Positions 26,934 through 40,629 of a stretch of DNA of 64,000 nt are shown piece by piece (position 1 is the first letter of the stretch; the number at the start of each line of letters is the position of its first letter). The notes beneath the pieces were generated by a model. The model saw only the letters and a list, made by a program, of their open reading frames with translations. It did no database searches and was not told the origin of the DNA. The position numbers and the translations under genes were made by a program. Source of the stretch: Octopus vulgaris (taxonomy: Eukaryota); NCBI GenBank assembly GCA_951406725.2, contig OX597814.1:58714001-58778000 (forward strand), given 5' to 3'.

Positions 26934-28958
26934 CATATGGCTGCTAGTATTCGCATGCGTGCCCCAATACTTGTGCGTGTGTATAAGTACTTAATGTTTA
27001 TGCGCAGTTACGCATGTGCGTTTTCTTGCTCATCAACATATGCATGTCACCACATGTAGAATATATTGTTCTGATTGCATTTCACAAACACTTGGAGAAT
27101 TGAAAACTGATCAATGCTTTTGAAAACATTAGCTGTATGTTTCGTATTTTTCTTTCTACTTTTCTGTCACATGGAGATTACATCTTCACATTGAAGTTCT
27201 TTGATAGTATCTTATCATGAGATAATATTTGAAAATTGTTTGAAACAAGCCTTCGGCTCTTCATTCTATTTTAAAAGGCATTCTTTTGTTCGTGATGCAT
27301 TTCAAGATGAATAAGCAATGGGAAGTTAATGCATGATTTGGAAAAAATACTGCGTGTAAAAATTGTTGAAGGATCAATATCGGCTTGTCGACGATTATTA
27401 AGATGATCCTAGTGGACGGTTTCAAATGATACTTGTTCAATAGCTACATAGAAATATCGTTTCGAGATTCGCAGTGAATTCCAACTGATGGTGAAACGAT
27501 AATGCTATTCGGTCATTGTATTATAGCAGTCTTTTGTAATATTTTGTCTAGCAGAGCACTAAAATATTAAGATATAAATAATAACATGTAAGTTTGTGGT
27601 TGAAGAACGCTTTTAGATAAAAAAAAAGTCAGATGCTGCCCGTTTGATTATGAATCAAATACTTACATTGAATTACTTTTAGCTTTGTGCGAAATGCCTA
27701 GAGATACGATATTCCAAAATATAATTATTTCATGTTCCCTCAAAAGTTTACAAATTTTTATGATGTCAATTAAAATAATAATTTAGCAGAGAGTATATGT
27801 AGCACAGAGTATAGCATATAACATCGTATGAAAATAATATATTTATAGGAACATTCTTATGGAGTTCTATAAAGAAATATGCAAAAAGAAACTCATTTCA
27901 GAATTTCCCTGAGAAATGCTATATAATCTTGTACCCAATCGTACCTATTAAATATTCCTATCGAGCTGCATGTTATCTGAATACCCAGGTTACGTTTTTT
28001 GCACTAACGTATGAGATTATTGAAATTCTTAGTTTTCTATTGTTACACACGCCTATACTTCTCTTGCTCTACGTGTTTGAGTATCTGTGTTTAGTGCAAA
28101 TAAATTTACGTTATATACTAGCTTTTAACGGATCAATAATAAATTATGAAATAAGCACTATTTACAATAGTTTAATGCTGTGTCACTCTTCTCCACAAGT
28201 AACTATTTACGGTTAGATTGAGTGAGATTGCATATTTATTATAGTGATAGCAAAATATCAGTGACAGATTGGTTATAATCACTTGCGTCACGAGAATTGT
28301 ATCTTACGGACTAGGGATGCTACAGATCGGGTTTTATCTAAAACATGTATTTATTAGTTTGTGTCTATTTGTGAAAAGATTTTCCATAAAAGCTTCCAGC
28401 TAAATACCAGTGCAGCAAATATAATTTTAGCTTGGGTTATTTATAACATAATATTGCAATAGCATCTGAAATAGAATTTATTTGTAAATAAATAAACATT
28501 CTCCATTAGTAGATTCTTTCAGACTCATATCTAATTCTGTGTTCCCAAGTGAAATATACATAGACTCAATCTTCAAACATATTACGTCATTATTCAATAG
28601 GACTCGTTTAATGCCTTTGATTGTCATTATATTAGATCTGTGGCTTTCATGTTTCGTGTTCTCTAAATAGCAGACAGTAAAAGTTAAATAAAAAAGATAT
28701 TCTCTATAATATCTTATCACAAACGTCTTATCAGTACTTACATTCCATGTTATAAAGGGATATCAGATTTTATAAAGACCGTTAATGTATACATTTCTTA
28801 AATGAGAGTAAGATATATACTTCTTATAAGATATTCATAAAAGTATTTACAATCAAACGAAACGTTTATTTACATTGCAGGCATTAATTTATACTTCAAA
28901 CAATTTACCCATTCAGAAACATAAATAAAGCCGTATATATATATATATATATAAAGCC

Positions 28959-29000
<42 letters not shown>

Positions 29001-29122
29001 GGTTATATGTATCTTTAGTCTGTATGAATTTGTGTGTACACACGCACAATATATTGGTAAATAGAAACGACCGTGTTATACATAAATATTATGTAGCTTT
29101 GTTCCACAATTCTTTCATTCTT

Positions 29123-29163
<41 letters not shown>

Positions 29164-30772
29164 TGCGGGGGTTCTGTTTTTAGAAAGTGAATTTTTAACT
29201 GTCATATTTATCCTTTTTATGCCTACTACAAGATCATGCTATTGCATCGCAATCTCTGTAAATATTGGAACGGACCACTTAACGGGTTTGATATATATTC
29301 ACTTCATTTATAGATCTGCCATCTGTTTGTTGCCACATATAGCAAAGAATTATCTTACGCAAATGATATTCCATAACAATATTTCCGGACATTCCGTAAC
29401 GATGCGTCGCCGTCCATACACTTCGCCGTCCCTACGCAACTGAGACACTACGTGTAGGTGTCGGCTCTGCCGCTATAATCGAAAATGTTTTAACAAAAAC
29501 AATGGGAACCTAGAATCTATGACTTTTGCAAGGAAAAATATGAATAAACACTAGTATCATTAAAACAAACTGCATCGCATATCATTTCACATAAACACGA
29601 GCAATACACATGTAAAGCTTTCACAGCTACGCTAAACATTAGGATCTGTTATAAGGTAAGCCAATGCTTACATTACTTAACCGGGACTTCTTTAGAAAGA
29701 CTAATCCTTCATTTCGTGCTCCCAAATTTTATGATCCCTTATCATTGTTTAATATTCTACAAGGCTCGGGAGACCTCACTCCAACATTTTCTAACATTTC
29801 CATTGTTCTCTAGACCTGAGACAATGTTGCGACTGTTTATACAAACATCCCGGACCATTTGCAGTGAAATTTCATTCAGGTAATTAAAAGAAGATAACCT
29901 CTAGCTTCAAGTTCATAGGCGTACAATGTCCTCCTTTTGCCATTTACGTCGTTCTAATCGCTGAAAAGATCATTATCAAGTATCATCCATTCAAGCACAC
30001 CCGATATATTTATTGAACTTAGTTATCCAAAGAATTTAATCCAATGATTAATATCACTACCAGCATCATTGTATTATTTCAGATATGTACTGGAGTACAA
30101 ATTACTCCCACAGGAAACCTAATTAGAATCTGGATATTTCTTCTCTGAAGGTTTACTATAGCTATACGAAGAACACCAAAAACTTGGTTTCCACCACCAT
30201 CTTATGAAACTCCAAATAAATACTGCAACTTTATTTTGTTAACCAACCACATTGTAAATATACCAGCACAAGCTTAGGTTATCTTATTAATAAATAACTA
30301 AAAACATGAGTTGGTTTACTGTTTCATAGTCAAGCTGACAGTGAAGAGAGGATATAGCTACTTCAATGTAACAGACTCCACCATTACAATAGAATGTACA
30401 CAATGCGTATATGCTTTTAGACTGAAGTTTTATAAGTGAGAAAAAGGAGTATTATTTTCATTACATAACATGTATGATTATTAATAGAATTTTCATAGCC
30501 ATATTCTAAAGATTTTAATCCGTTTTGCCTATGTAACATATATTGTTAAGTTCGTGGAACAAGTTGATCACGAAATGTCGTCGGCAAAATAATTCTATTT
30601 GAAGAAAATATATATTTCCATACACATTGTATAAAACACAATCTAACGTTAATAGATGGGTTTTGTTTTAAATACCTTCATATACTTCGAATTTAACTGA
30701 AATTCTTTGCTCAAAACCAACCAGTATAGTTTTATTAAGTGCTAGAAACATTTCGGTTACTAAATGTGCCTA

Positions 30773-30891
<119 letters not shown>

Positions 30892-30929
30892 ATATCTATC
30901 TATATATCTATATATATATATATATATAT

Positions 30930-31162
30930 ATATACATACACACATGCATACATATACATACATACATACATTCATATATATATATATGAAATATCCCTTA
31001 TTACTGCAATGTTTTAGAAAAATATGGTGACACGCTGCGTTTGCTTTTTTTCAATATTGGCAGAAAAAAAAGTATACTTTCTGATAATTTTTTTCCTCTT
31101 CTATATATATATCTATCTATCTATGTACATACACACATGCATACATATACATACATACATTC

Positions 31163-31193
<31 letters not shown>

Positions 31194-31262
31194 TATGAAA
31201 TATCCCTTATTACTGCAATGTTTTAGAAAAATATGGTGACACGCTGCGTTTGATTTTTTTCA
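30930..31262. repeat. Local tandem duplication (~30930-31055 / ~31128-31262)
   Basis: The block tgaaatatcccttattactgcaatgttttagaaaaatatggtgacacgctgcgtttg occurs twice, identically. Confidence 0.9.
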
Positions 31263-33178
31263 ACGTATTGGCAGTAATGGTATTCTCTCCACACTAGGCA
31301 CGGCAAATGCCACTTTTCTCACGTTTTCATCTCTGTTACTTTAGTGTTATTTTTCTTATATATTATTCTCCTCTTTATGTGTCCCTCGTCATCCTCGTAT
31401 TTGACTTTTAACCACTTCTTTTTCATTCTCTTTTTTATGTTCACCCAGTCCTCTCCATATGTTTGTAATCAGTCTTTCGTTTACGAAATAAAATTGTATT
31501 AAACAATTGTGCATATATTTCAACGTAAGAATTTTAATGTTTACGAGTCTCACTTTGATTAAACACTTGAAACTGCTTCACCGTGCATTTATTATATCAT
31601 TATATATATTGTATAATTAATTTACGTTTAAGAAAATAACCCATAGAAATAGTCCTGTCAAAATGGAGTGTAGACCAGACGAGCTGGCGGGTGTATTTAC
31701 AAATTTGCACGTATGTGATTTGGAATTTTGGCCAAATTATTTTTCCGAAATGCTGCAAGGGAGAGAATCGGCACGGTTTCATAGATAGAATAGCCATTTC
31801 TAGGGATAGCGCTTCTAAACTGTTAATCAGATGAGACGAAGAAAAAATGGCCGAAACAACGCTTGCGTATATCTGAAGGTTTCTAGCAATGCATCTGTTG
31901 ATGGCTGTTATCTTATTAAGAGATTCCATTGTAACATTACCGAAACTTAAAAGTTTTGAGGTAGAGCTGGTGCTCGGATGCGAGTTGACTTCTACTATGT
32001 ATGCATGTTTGAATATATGTATTTTCCCACTCAAGCACATAAACACATATACATTGGCACACACACACCTACTCACAAATGTGCGCGCACGCAAAAACAG
32101 GCACACACATACACTCACACAAATGCATAAAACGATCAACTGAATTCAGAGAGGCTTGTGGAATGTATTTGAACAACAAAGGCGAATAAGTATATATTCA
32201 ATACTATCATAAATCCCGACTTTAATTTTTGAATCAATCCCCATTTGATTGGTTTGAGAGGCTGATTCATATACGCACGCACATGCACACATTTATACAA
32301 CTATACAAGCACACATTCACGCACTGTTCAACCAAAAACAGTTACGAAATGTCTGAAATTATAGATACAGTTACAAAATGTCTATGAAATTATACTTTGC
32401 TGTCTTAAAATATGAAGAACATAGTGGATACTGTAATGTAGTCCTAGATTTGCTATGACTGTAAAACCAGACATAACAACGATTAGATGCCTTCAATCAA
32501 ATATTCGTTTAATCAGGCATGAAGTGGGCTTATAGCCATAACAAAGAACGTGTGACGCAACACGTTAGGATGATATTGAAAATATTTTAAGATATGAATA
32601 TCGAATTCACAGAATGAATGATACTCTAATGCAATACCTAAGATGTAATATTCAGCAACGACCATAACAAGAACGATAGAGATACTTATAAAATATTTAT
32701 GACTTGATTTAAAGAATAAAACTATTAACTACAAGTTATTTTCAACAAGAAGTAGATTCTCATAGTGTCTGGTAATGAATAAAGTGATGTATTTTCTTGA
32801 TTCTTTTTTTATGTATTGTTTTTAATAAAGTTGCCACTGGTAATATTCTTGCGTTTTTAGGGAAATTTTTGATTCGACCAAAAGAAAAAAAAGAAACAAA
32901 TATGCAAAAGATTTATCAGCGGTAACTTCCTTAATAATCAAATATATATATAAAAAAGTTTATGTAAATTCATCACTTTCTAACTTCTTACGTAGCACGT
33001 TATTAATAAATTATTAACGTTATAAAGAGATATATTTCTGACTAGCTCTAAATTTTTTTATAATTTCTGTATGATTCCTCTACTCAGTCGGAGAAACATT
33101 GCCGTTCATATTAAAGACGTTTGCATCTACTAAGATTATTTGTATATGATGTAAGTCATATGAAGTGCATTTGACTTC

Positions 33179-33238
<60 letters not shown>

Positions 33239-33837
33239 TATATGTATATATGTGTGTGTGTGTGTATGTGCGTGTGTGTATATATATATATATATATATA
33301 AATACATACACACGCTCGTGTCTGTATGAGTGCGTGAGTGCGCGTGTGTACCAAGCAAAATCACGAATAAAGAATGAACGGAAGCGATTATTTCATTTCA
33401 CCATTTGTAGTTTAACACAGAACACAATTGAATAATCTTTTTCAGTATCCCCATTTACTTTAAATAAGCCCATCAGGAGTTTCCAAGGAATATGTTGCAG
33501 TTAGTAAACTTCCATAATATTTTTCCTCCCACTATTATGGAATAATACCCAGCAGTAATTGTTTGCATATTTTCCCATTTCAATACAACAAATCAGGAAA
33601 GATTACCGTTTATAAAAATATCATCTCTGATTACATTTTCTTGACATTACTAGAATAGAAATGTTTCCAACCCCCCGAAACACTGAGTTCAGCGTAAATG
33701 ATCACAACTGCTGTGACTTTAACATATGTCTGGTAAAGGAATCACTTATGATTACATTTTACGCTGTTATGTGATCAAGATCTGAGGTTTGCGAGGACTT
33801 TTGTATATATATATATACAAATTGTAACTTGATGATG

Positions 33838-34100
33838 TGGAGGCGCAATGGCGGTTTCAACTCCCAGACCGGGCGTTGTGTATGTTTAAAGGCTCCACGA
33901 TGCTCCGGCAAGCAGTGGTGGTGATCCCTGTTGTACTCTTTCGCCACAACTTTCTCTCACTCTCTCCTCCTGTTCCTTGAGTACCGCTGCGATGGACTGC
34001 CATCCCGTTCAGCTGGGAGGACGCATACGCCACAGAAACCGGGAAATCGGTTGCATGAGCCTGGCTAGGCTTGAAAAGGGCGACGTTTATCGTTTTTTTT
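33838..34100 (+). mobile_element. tRNA-derived SINE (family of 23306), internally deleted head
   Basis: tggaggcgcaatggcggtttcaactcccagaccg...gctccacga. Confidence 0.7.
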
Positions 34101-34131
34101 TAACTCGATAAAGCGATTCCGTATTACTCAC

Positions 34132-34155
34132 CAGGTAATAAAGTTATGAGTATCC
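34132..34155 (-). CDS. Candidate 24-nt frame-preserving micro-exon of the nAChR (R-ILITLLP-A)
   Basis: cttgctctcctgtag|GGATACTCATAACTTTATTACCTG|gtgagta. Phase 1-1, no stop, hydrophobic residues that extend the signal peptide. Confidence 0.5.
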
Positions 34156-34329
34156 CTACAGGAGAGCAAGTTCTCCTATGATATCATATTTGTTTTATAT
34201 CCCAAATATCTGGAACTATCCATTGGAAGATAGCTTTGTGGTGAATCCAAATGCTGTCGTGGATATAGGTGCATGAAAAATGGTACATTACATGTTGAAG
34301 ATGCCATAAATTAAGATCTTCGGTATACA

Positions 34330-34566
34330 GGGCGGTGAGCTGGTAGAATCGTTAGCACGCCAGGCGAAATGCTTAGCAGTATTTCGTCTGCCACTACGTT
34401 CTGAGTTCAAATTCCGCCGAGGTTGACTTTGCTTTTCATCCTTTCGGGATCGATTAAATAAGAACCAGTTGCGCACTGGGGTCGATGTAATCGACTTAAT
34501 ACATATGTCTGTCCTTGTTTGCCCCCTCTATGTTTAGCCCCTTGTGGGTAATAAAGAAATAGGTAT
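34330..34566 (+). mobile_element. tRNA-derived SINE with Nin/Deu-like central domain
   Basis: B box gagttcaaattcc, followed by gaggttgactttgcttttcatcctttcgggatcgat (Nin-domain-like). Confidence 0.85.
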
Positions 34567-34710
34567 ACAGAGTATTGCCTTTTTAGAACTGGAAAATTGT
34601 AATAATGCAACATTAAATTGGTTCACTTGCAGCTTTGTAAATATATTATCTTCAGTTATGTATAATTGTGCTTCTCATTAGATAAATATAAATTATGTGA
34701 ATGTACTTAC

Positions 34711-34759
34711 GCAGACATAGCGAAAATATTGTCAATGTTATGGATGCCCAAAACTCCAT
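34711..34759 (-). CDS. nAChR subunit, first coding exon (signal peptide MEFWASITLTIFSLCL + 1 nt); whole exon 34918-34711
   Basis: The minus strand reads ATG GAG TTT TGG GCA TCC ATA ACA TTG ACA ATA TTT TCG CTA TGT CTG C|GTAAGTA, a phase-1 donor matching the phase-1 acceptor of the 15110 exon. A strong acceptor cttcatcttctctctgtgtttcag| lies at 34919. There is an in-frame upstream stop and the peptide is hydrophobic and signal-like. Confidence 0.75.
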
Positions 34760-34760
34760 T

Positions 34761-34883
34761 TCAGTAGGTGTGCGTGCCTTTTGTCATGATAACCGATTTG
34801 GAAGCTCTGATGTCTGGGATGTTACGGCCATATACCTGCGTGAAGAGAATGAATATAATTTATTAGTCAAACTGGAGCAACAT
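34761..34883 (-). promoter_or_regulatory. Three short uORFs in the 5' UTR part of the ATG exon (34883-34863, 34831-34784, 34787-34761)
   Basis: MLLQFD*, MAVTSQTSELPNRLS* and MTKGTHTY*. uORF2 and uORF3 overlap as ATGA, and the uORF3 stop lies 1 nt before the main ATG. Confidence 0.55.
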
Positions 34884-35397
34884 ATGAGACTCAGCCAAGT
34901 TGTTGATTAACGTCTCTTCTGAAACACAGAGAGAAGATGAAGCATTTAACGAGGGATCATATTGAAAATTCAAATTTCGGGCATATCTCTGTAGTAGTTA
35001 TTGTATTATTGAACACAATTCTCTATGGAGATATAAAAACCACTGTAAAAATCATGGTGACGAATATGATCTTGAGAACAGTGCATAGTAAAGATATTTC
35101 AAATGATATTGAGCCTGAAGTTTACTGCGATTGAAATAAAATGCAGAAATGTCATCTTGCCCACACAACGACACACACAAACTCATACAAACCTATATAT
35201 ATTTCCGTTACTCTGATGCAGTTAGAAATTCAAGGTCATTATGCCATTATGATAAAGACAAGTAAATTGTCGCATTCTGTTTGAGTCAGAGTTTGTGAAT
35301 TTAAATATCTTAGAATCAGAATGAAATGAAAGTTTATCTTATAGAAAATCTAGACATCTGGTTCTAAAGAGAATCTATATCAGGAACTGTTTGGTAG

Positions 35398-35416
35398 ACT
35401 GCTGCTGCTGCTGCTG

Positions 35417-35487
<71 letters not shown>

Positions 35488-35551
35488 ACTACTACTGCTA
35501 CTGCTACTGCTGCTGCTGCTGCTGCTACTACTACTACTACTTCTACTGCTG

Positions 35552-35613
<62 letters not shown>

Positions 35614-35652
35614 GCTACTACTTCTACTGCTGCTGCTGCTGCTGCTGCTGCT
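35398..35652. repeat. Compound (CTG)n/(CTA)n microsatellite
   Basis: Read directly. Confidence 0.97.
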
Positions 35653-36105
35653 AGTGATGCAGAGGCATTTCTGTGTCATGTATTAAGCTATCGAGGTGTA
35701 GAGCAGATTATGCGCCGAATTTAATGCCTCCTTATGTGCACTTCCCTTGCTTTACAGTTTAAAAAATTCATCTGTTGCGTTTGCAATTTACGACTTCTCA
35801 GTTAATACACTGGTAGTAAGATTTCTTTACAAATGCTTGAGTTTTATAGGAAAAATATAAATTGAAATTTATAATATCGATAGCAAAATGCAGAAAAGCT
35901 GATATTTGAAACGACGGCATGTATGAATCAAGTCTTTTCCATAACTGCACATGTGAAGAAAACTATCATAGCCCAACGATGTTTTCTACTCAAAAGAATA
36001 TGGCTATGTTTGGAATATGTAACTTAAGATACATAGCATCGTAATACATACATACATACATACATACATACATACATACATACATACATACATACATACA
36101 CACAT

Positions 36106-36159
<54 letters not shown>

Positions 36160-36710
36160 GCATACATGCACACAAACATACATAATTACATATTTACAAG
36201 GTACCATACATAAATAAGATATAGGCTTGATTCGTGGAGAGGTAAACGTTTACATAGGCATAGGTTCATCCGGTACAAAATCAACATACATCTACATATG
36301 CTACATGTCCGTTCCTAGTGTTGTTAGTGTCCATGTAATTGCCTGCAGTCCCAGACATTCTTAATTCTTTCCCATTTGCCTTAGAGCCACAGCTAGGGCT
36401 AAATATTTGAAAACAAAGTGCATTTGATTGGTATTTTGTTTATTGATGAAACACAGACGAGACATAAAATTGAGATCGGTATTATCGAAATTTAAATGTA
36501 GAGGGATGGAAGATAAGATAAAGCATTCTATTTGTGGATTTAATGTCTTGAAAAGCTTTCAAACAGATGGGTTAATCTATATATTTGAGAGAAATTTATC
36601 TATATTTATAACAGCAATTTATACATTTACATCTCTCTCTCTCTCTCTGTATATATGTGTATATATATATTTATACACGCACACACACACATACACACAC
36701 ACACATATAC

Positions 36711-36814
<104 letters not shown>

Positions 36815-37034
36815 GGATAAATTGAAGATAAAATTATATACTTAAATATTAACTTTACTGATATGGTGTTTCTTATACGCTGGCCACTGATATAATCATT
36901 TTAATGAATAGATCCTCAATATATGCGCATATATAATTCTGAGTTCTCTAGTCATTATAATTGCTCTGGCAATATTCTGAGTATAACCACATGTTTGAGA
37001 TGGACGATTAGATATAATGTATAAGACTATGTAT

Positions 37035-37443
37035 TACTCATAAAATATAGTGTACATTTAAACACATAAGGAATCCACTCGTGGGATTCAAGTCTTTGGA
37101 GTAACTTTTTACACGCTAGGCCACTGGAAGTAAAAATGTCTATGAATTTCCATTTCCATTTGATATGATTAAGTATTGTAAATTTTTGGATAATTTTCGT
37201 ATTTTAAAAGTTAGCATATTTAAACTGCCGACGAAGAGCTGCGTCTGTGCACTAAATTTTGAAAAAAAATTAGGATGTATAAACAAGAGTCACATAGTTG
37301 ATTACCTCGTGTTTTATATATTTAATCTAAGGTTTACCTGTTGAAGAAGATTCCACCTAGCGAATATTATTTATTTGCTAAACTAAAATCTGCGCAGATT
37401 TTGAAAAATTAGGATGTGTTTAAATGTATACTGTATTTTATGA

Positions 37444-37446
<3 letters not shown>
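37035..37446. repeat. Element with terminal inverted repeats (37035-37067 / 37414-37446); third terminus copy at ~37887
   Basis: tactcataaaatatagtgtacatttaaacacat / atgtgtttaaatgtatactgtattttatgagta. Confidence 0.7.
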
Positions 37447-37491
<45 letters not shown>

Positions 37492-37590
37492 AATTAAAGA
37501 CAAAATCACTATTATGCAAATCAAACAAAGAAAGACTTAATCCAATACATAAATTAATTTATATAATTTAGAAATTTAACAATTATTAAT

Positions 37591-37658
37591 ATCCACTACG
37601 ATCGTTTCATGTCTTCTTTTCATCACATCTTTGAGTAGTAGACATTCTTCAGGTGGTT
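37591..37658 (-). ncRNA. Type I hammerhead ribozyme with canonical core, in a (TA)n-flanked ~300-bp insert
   Basis: CCAC-CTGAAGA-ATGTCT-(25 nt)-AGACAT-GAAAC-GATC-GTA-GTGG. All core nucleotides are present, with a 6-bp stem II, 4-bp stem I and palindromic stem III ACGATCGT. Confidence 0.85.
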
Positions 37659-37775
37659 TCAAATATTCTTGGCGAGTTTAAACTATGATTTATATAATAT
37701 AATATTTTACTATAAATTGGATTCAATCCTAAATCTGAATTTTCCCTGTAAGTTTGGATTTATTCCCTACTATTT

Positions 37776-37862
<87 letters not shown>

Positions 37863-38606
37863 ATGTATATATACATATATATATATTACTCATAAAATAC
37901 AGTGTACATATAACGGAACACAACGAGACTTCATTATATTATTGGGAGTTACGAGGGAATAATAACGTAAACGAAGTTAATTAACTTCAGAGATAAGCAA
38001 ATCCGAAACACGAACTGAGAGTTACTATCTTCATGTGAAGTATTAGCCAACTCTCATCTACAAAATTAATAACTCCCTCCCGATTAATCCCCGGATGAAT
38101 GCACGGTTTCATAACTAAATGTAAATCGCATTGTTAAATCTATTGAAGTCTAAATAAATAGAAGAATTGTTGACAAATAGAGTAACAACTTAAACCATTG
38201 ATGCAGCATGATATTCTAATTAACTCACTAATATATTTATCACAAAACAATTGGTGATTCCAAAGCAATATTAATAACGATTTCCACATATGTTGTTTGT
38301 ACTGTAAATTTATATCTTCAATTCTAACGTTATCATAAGAATGTGCTCACCCGCCTAATATTGAATATGGGATGAAGATATTCAATATATTGTGTCGCCT
38401 AATAGCAAGTTTTAATTAGATTTTCAAGCTTCAGTGTTTTAATCAAATGATCTTTTGTTAAACATCTCGAAGTATCTATTTTACGTTTTCCATGATTCAT
38501 GTTATGGATTACATCTTTGAATTAAACTAAATAAATAAGCGTTAACTTTTGTTATATTGTGTTTAAAACTTGTGTTTTACAAAAAAATTATATATATATA
38601 TGTATG

Positions 38607-38676
<70 letters not shown>

Positions 38677-38847
38677 GAAGCGTAATTAGTAAAAGATTAT
38701 TTCATGCATTGAAATTATTTACAACAATTGAATGGAAAATATTAACTAGACTTAAATTGATACAAGCGTATTTTCATTGACCATGAGGACAATATGTGCA
38801 TATGCGCATTAGTGTAAATACACACACACATGCACACATACATAGAA

Positions 38848-38890
<43 letters not shown>

Positions 38891-40024
38891 GCTATATAAG
38901 CATATAGTATTTCCACACACATAAAATATTTATTAATATTGATATCAAATTTTGGTACAAGGCCAGTAACTTATGGAGAGGGTCTAATTCGATTACATAG
39001 ATCTCAGTGGTCTAAAGATATTTATTTTATCTACCACGATAGAATGAAAGGCAAACTAGACCCAGGTTGCATTTAAGGACGGCCGAAATACTGTTAGGCA
39101 TTTTTCCCTGCATGGTAACGATTCTACCAGCTCAACGCCATAACATAATTATAAATATCGAAAATGAATTGGGTAGTATCTTTTCTACGCTTAACTTCCG
39201 CCGAGCCAATTTCAATTTCGCCTTTCATATCTCTAGGGTCGATAAAATAAATACACTCAAATATAGTCTAATTATGAAGTCAATAGTATTCATGTGTTCA
39301 AAATTAATGGCCATGTGCATATATCAAAATAATTTATTATTAAATTCTGAGATTGAAGCACCTCAAATAATGTTAATATTAGTCATGTCACATAATTAAC
39401 GTATGCCTTCTGTTAAAAAAGATTTTAGCGTGCGGTATTTCATCCGGTGAAAGACCCTTTAAGACATAGAGTGTTTGAAGAACACCGTATAACTTTAAAA
39501 GTAACTGTAACGAATCGCACCGAAGGTGAAAAAGAGCGCTAGATATCTATATTTTGTTATTTCAGCTCATCAGTAGCGCCGACGTGAATTCAAATCATTG
39601 GCATGGATATATGTAAATAGCATAAAATCTACCTGCTGATATGCAATGATGTTGCACAAGTAAAACAAAATGAACTTTTGAGTTACAGATAGCTCTAATA
39701 ATGTAAACATCTTGAGACATCAATAATGTTTACGTCATTAGAACTGCTTTACCACAAAATGTGCCTGTGTACTCATAAATACATACAAATACACACACAC
39801 ACACACACATACACAAGTATACATGCATATATATTTATACATGAATGTATTATTTAGCGAAACACTCACACATAAACACACACATTAAAGGATACTTCAA
39901 AAAATTGAATATGGTACACAGAGGAATTATATTACGATGTAGTTTAACGCAACCAAAACTCTAATATATACAAGTAGTCAATAATTTCCAGAAGTGCAAA
40001 TGATAGCTACAGCGTGAAGGAGCA

Positions 40025-40490
40025 TTCTTTTATTCTTTTGTTCATTGACTTGTTGTAGTCATTTGACTGCACCCATGCTAGATCAGCGCCTTATAAGATT
40101 TTAATCGAAGAAATCGACTCCAGTACTTATTCTCTATAAGCTTAGTACGTACTCTATGGGTCGGTTTTGCCGAACCGCTAGGTTATGAGGACATAAACAC
40201 ACCAGCGTCATTTTGTCAATCGATGACAGGAGGAACACATAAATATATACATATACATACATATACATACACACACACACACACACGCGTGCGGGCACAC
40301 ACACCCATATACACAGACACACACGCATATATATATATAGAGAGAGAGAGGTTTACGCCTACCAAATCCACTCTCAAGGGTTTTGCCAGCTCGAGGCTAT
40401 AGTACGAGATACTTGTCCAAGGTGCTACGCAGTGGGTCTGAGCCCGTAAACATGTGTTTGGGAAGCAATCTTTTAACCACTGAGGCACAC
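40025..40490 (-). mobile_element. tRNA-derived SINE (family of 12157), diverged
   Basis: Reverse complement of the head, the internal (TG)n and the cagtcaaatgact tail. Confidence 0.85.
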
Positions 40491-40629
40491 CTTTGGCTGA
40501 GATGTGAAATAATAATACGACATAACGGTATGGAATTCGTTTGGAAATTTTAAACCAGCGTTTATCTCTCACACTTCGTGGTTTTATAATTATGCATATT
40601 TGTTTATATACAATGTTTTCGGGTAATAT

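Noticed and set aside
31826-31880. CAGATGA-GAC...GCC-GAAAC as another hammerhead; a similar weak case near 29400-29460
   Set aside because: The core is mutated and the stems are too weak to distinguish from chance.
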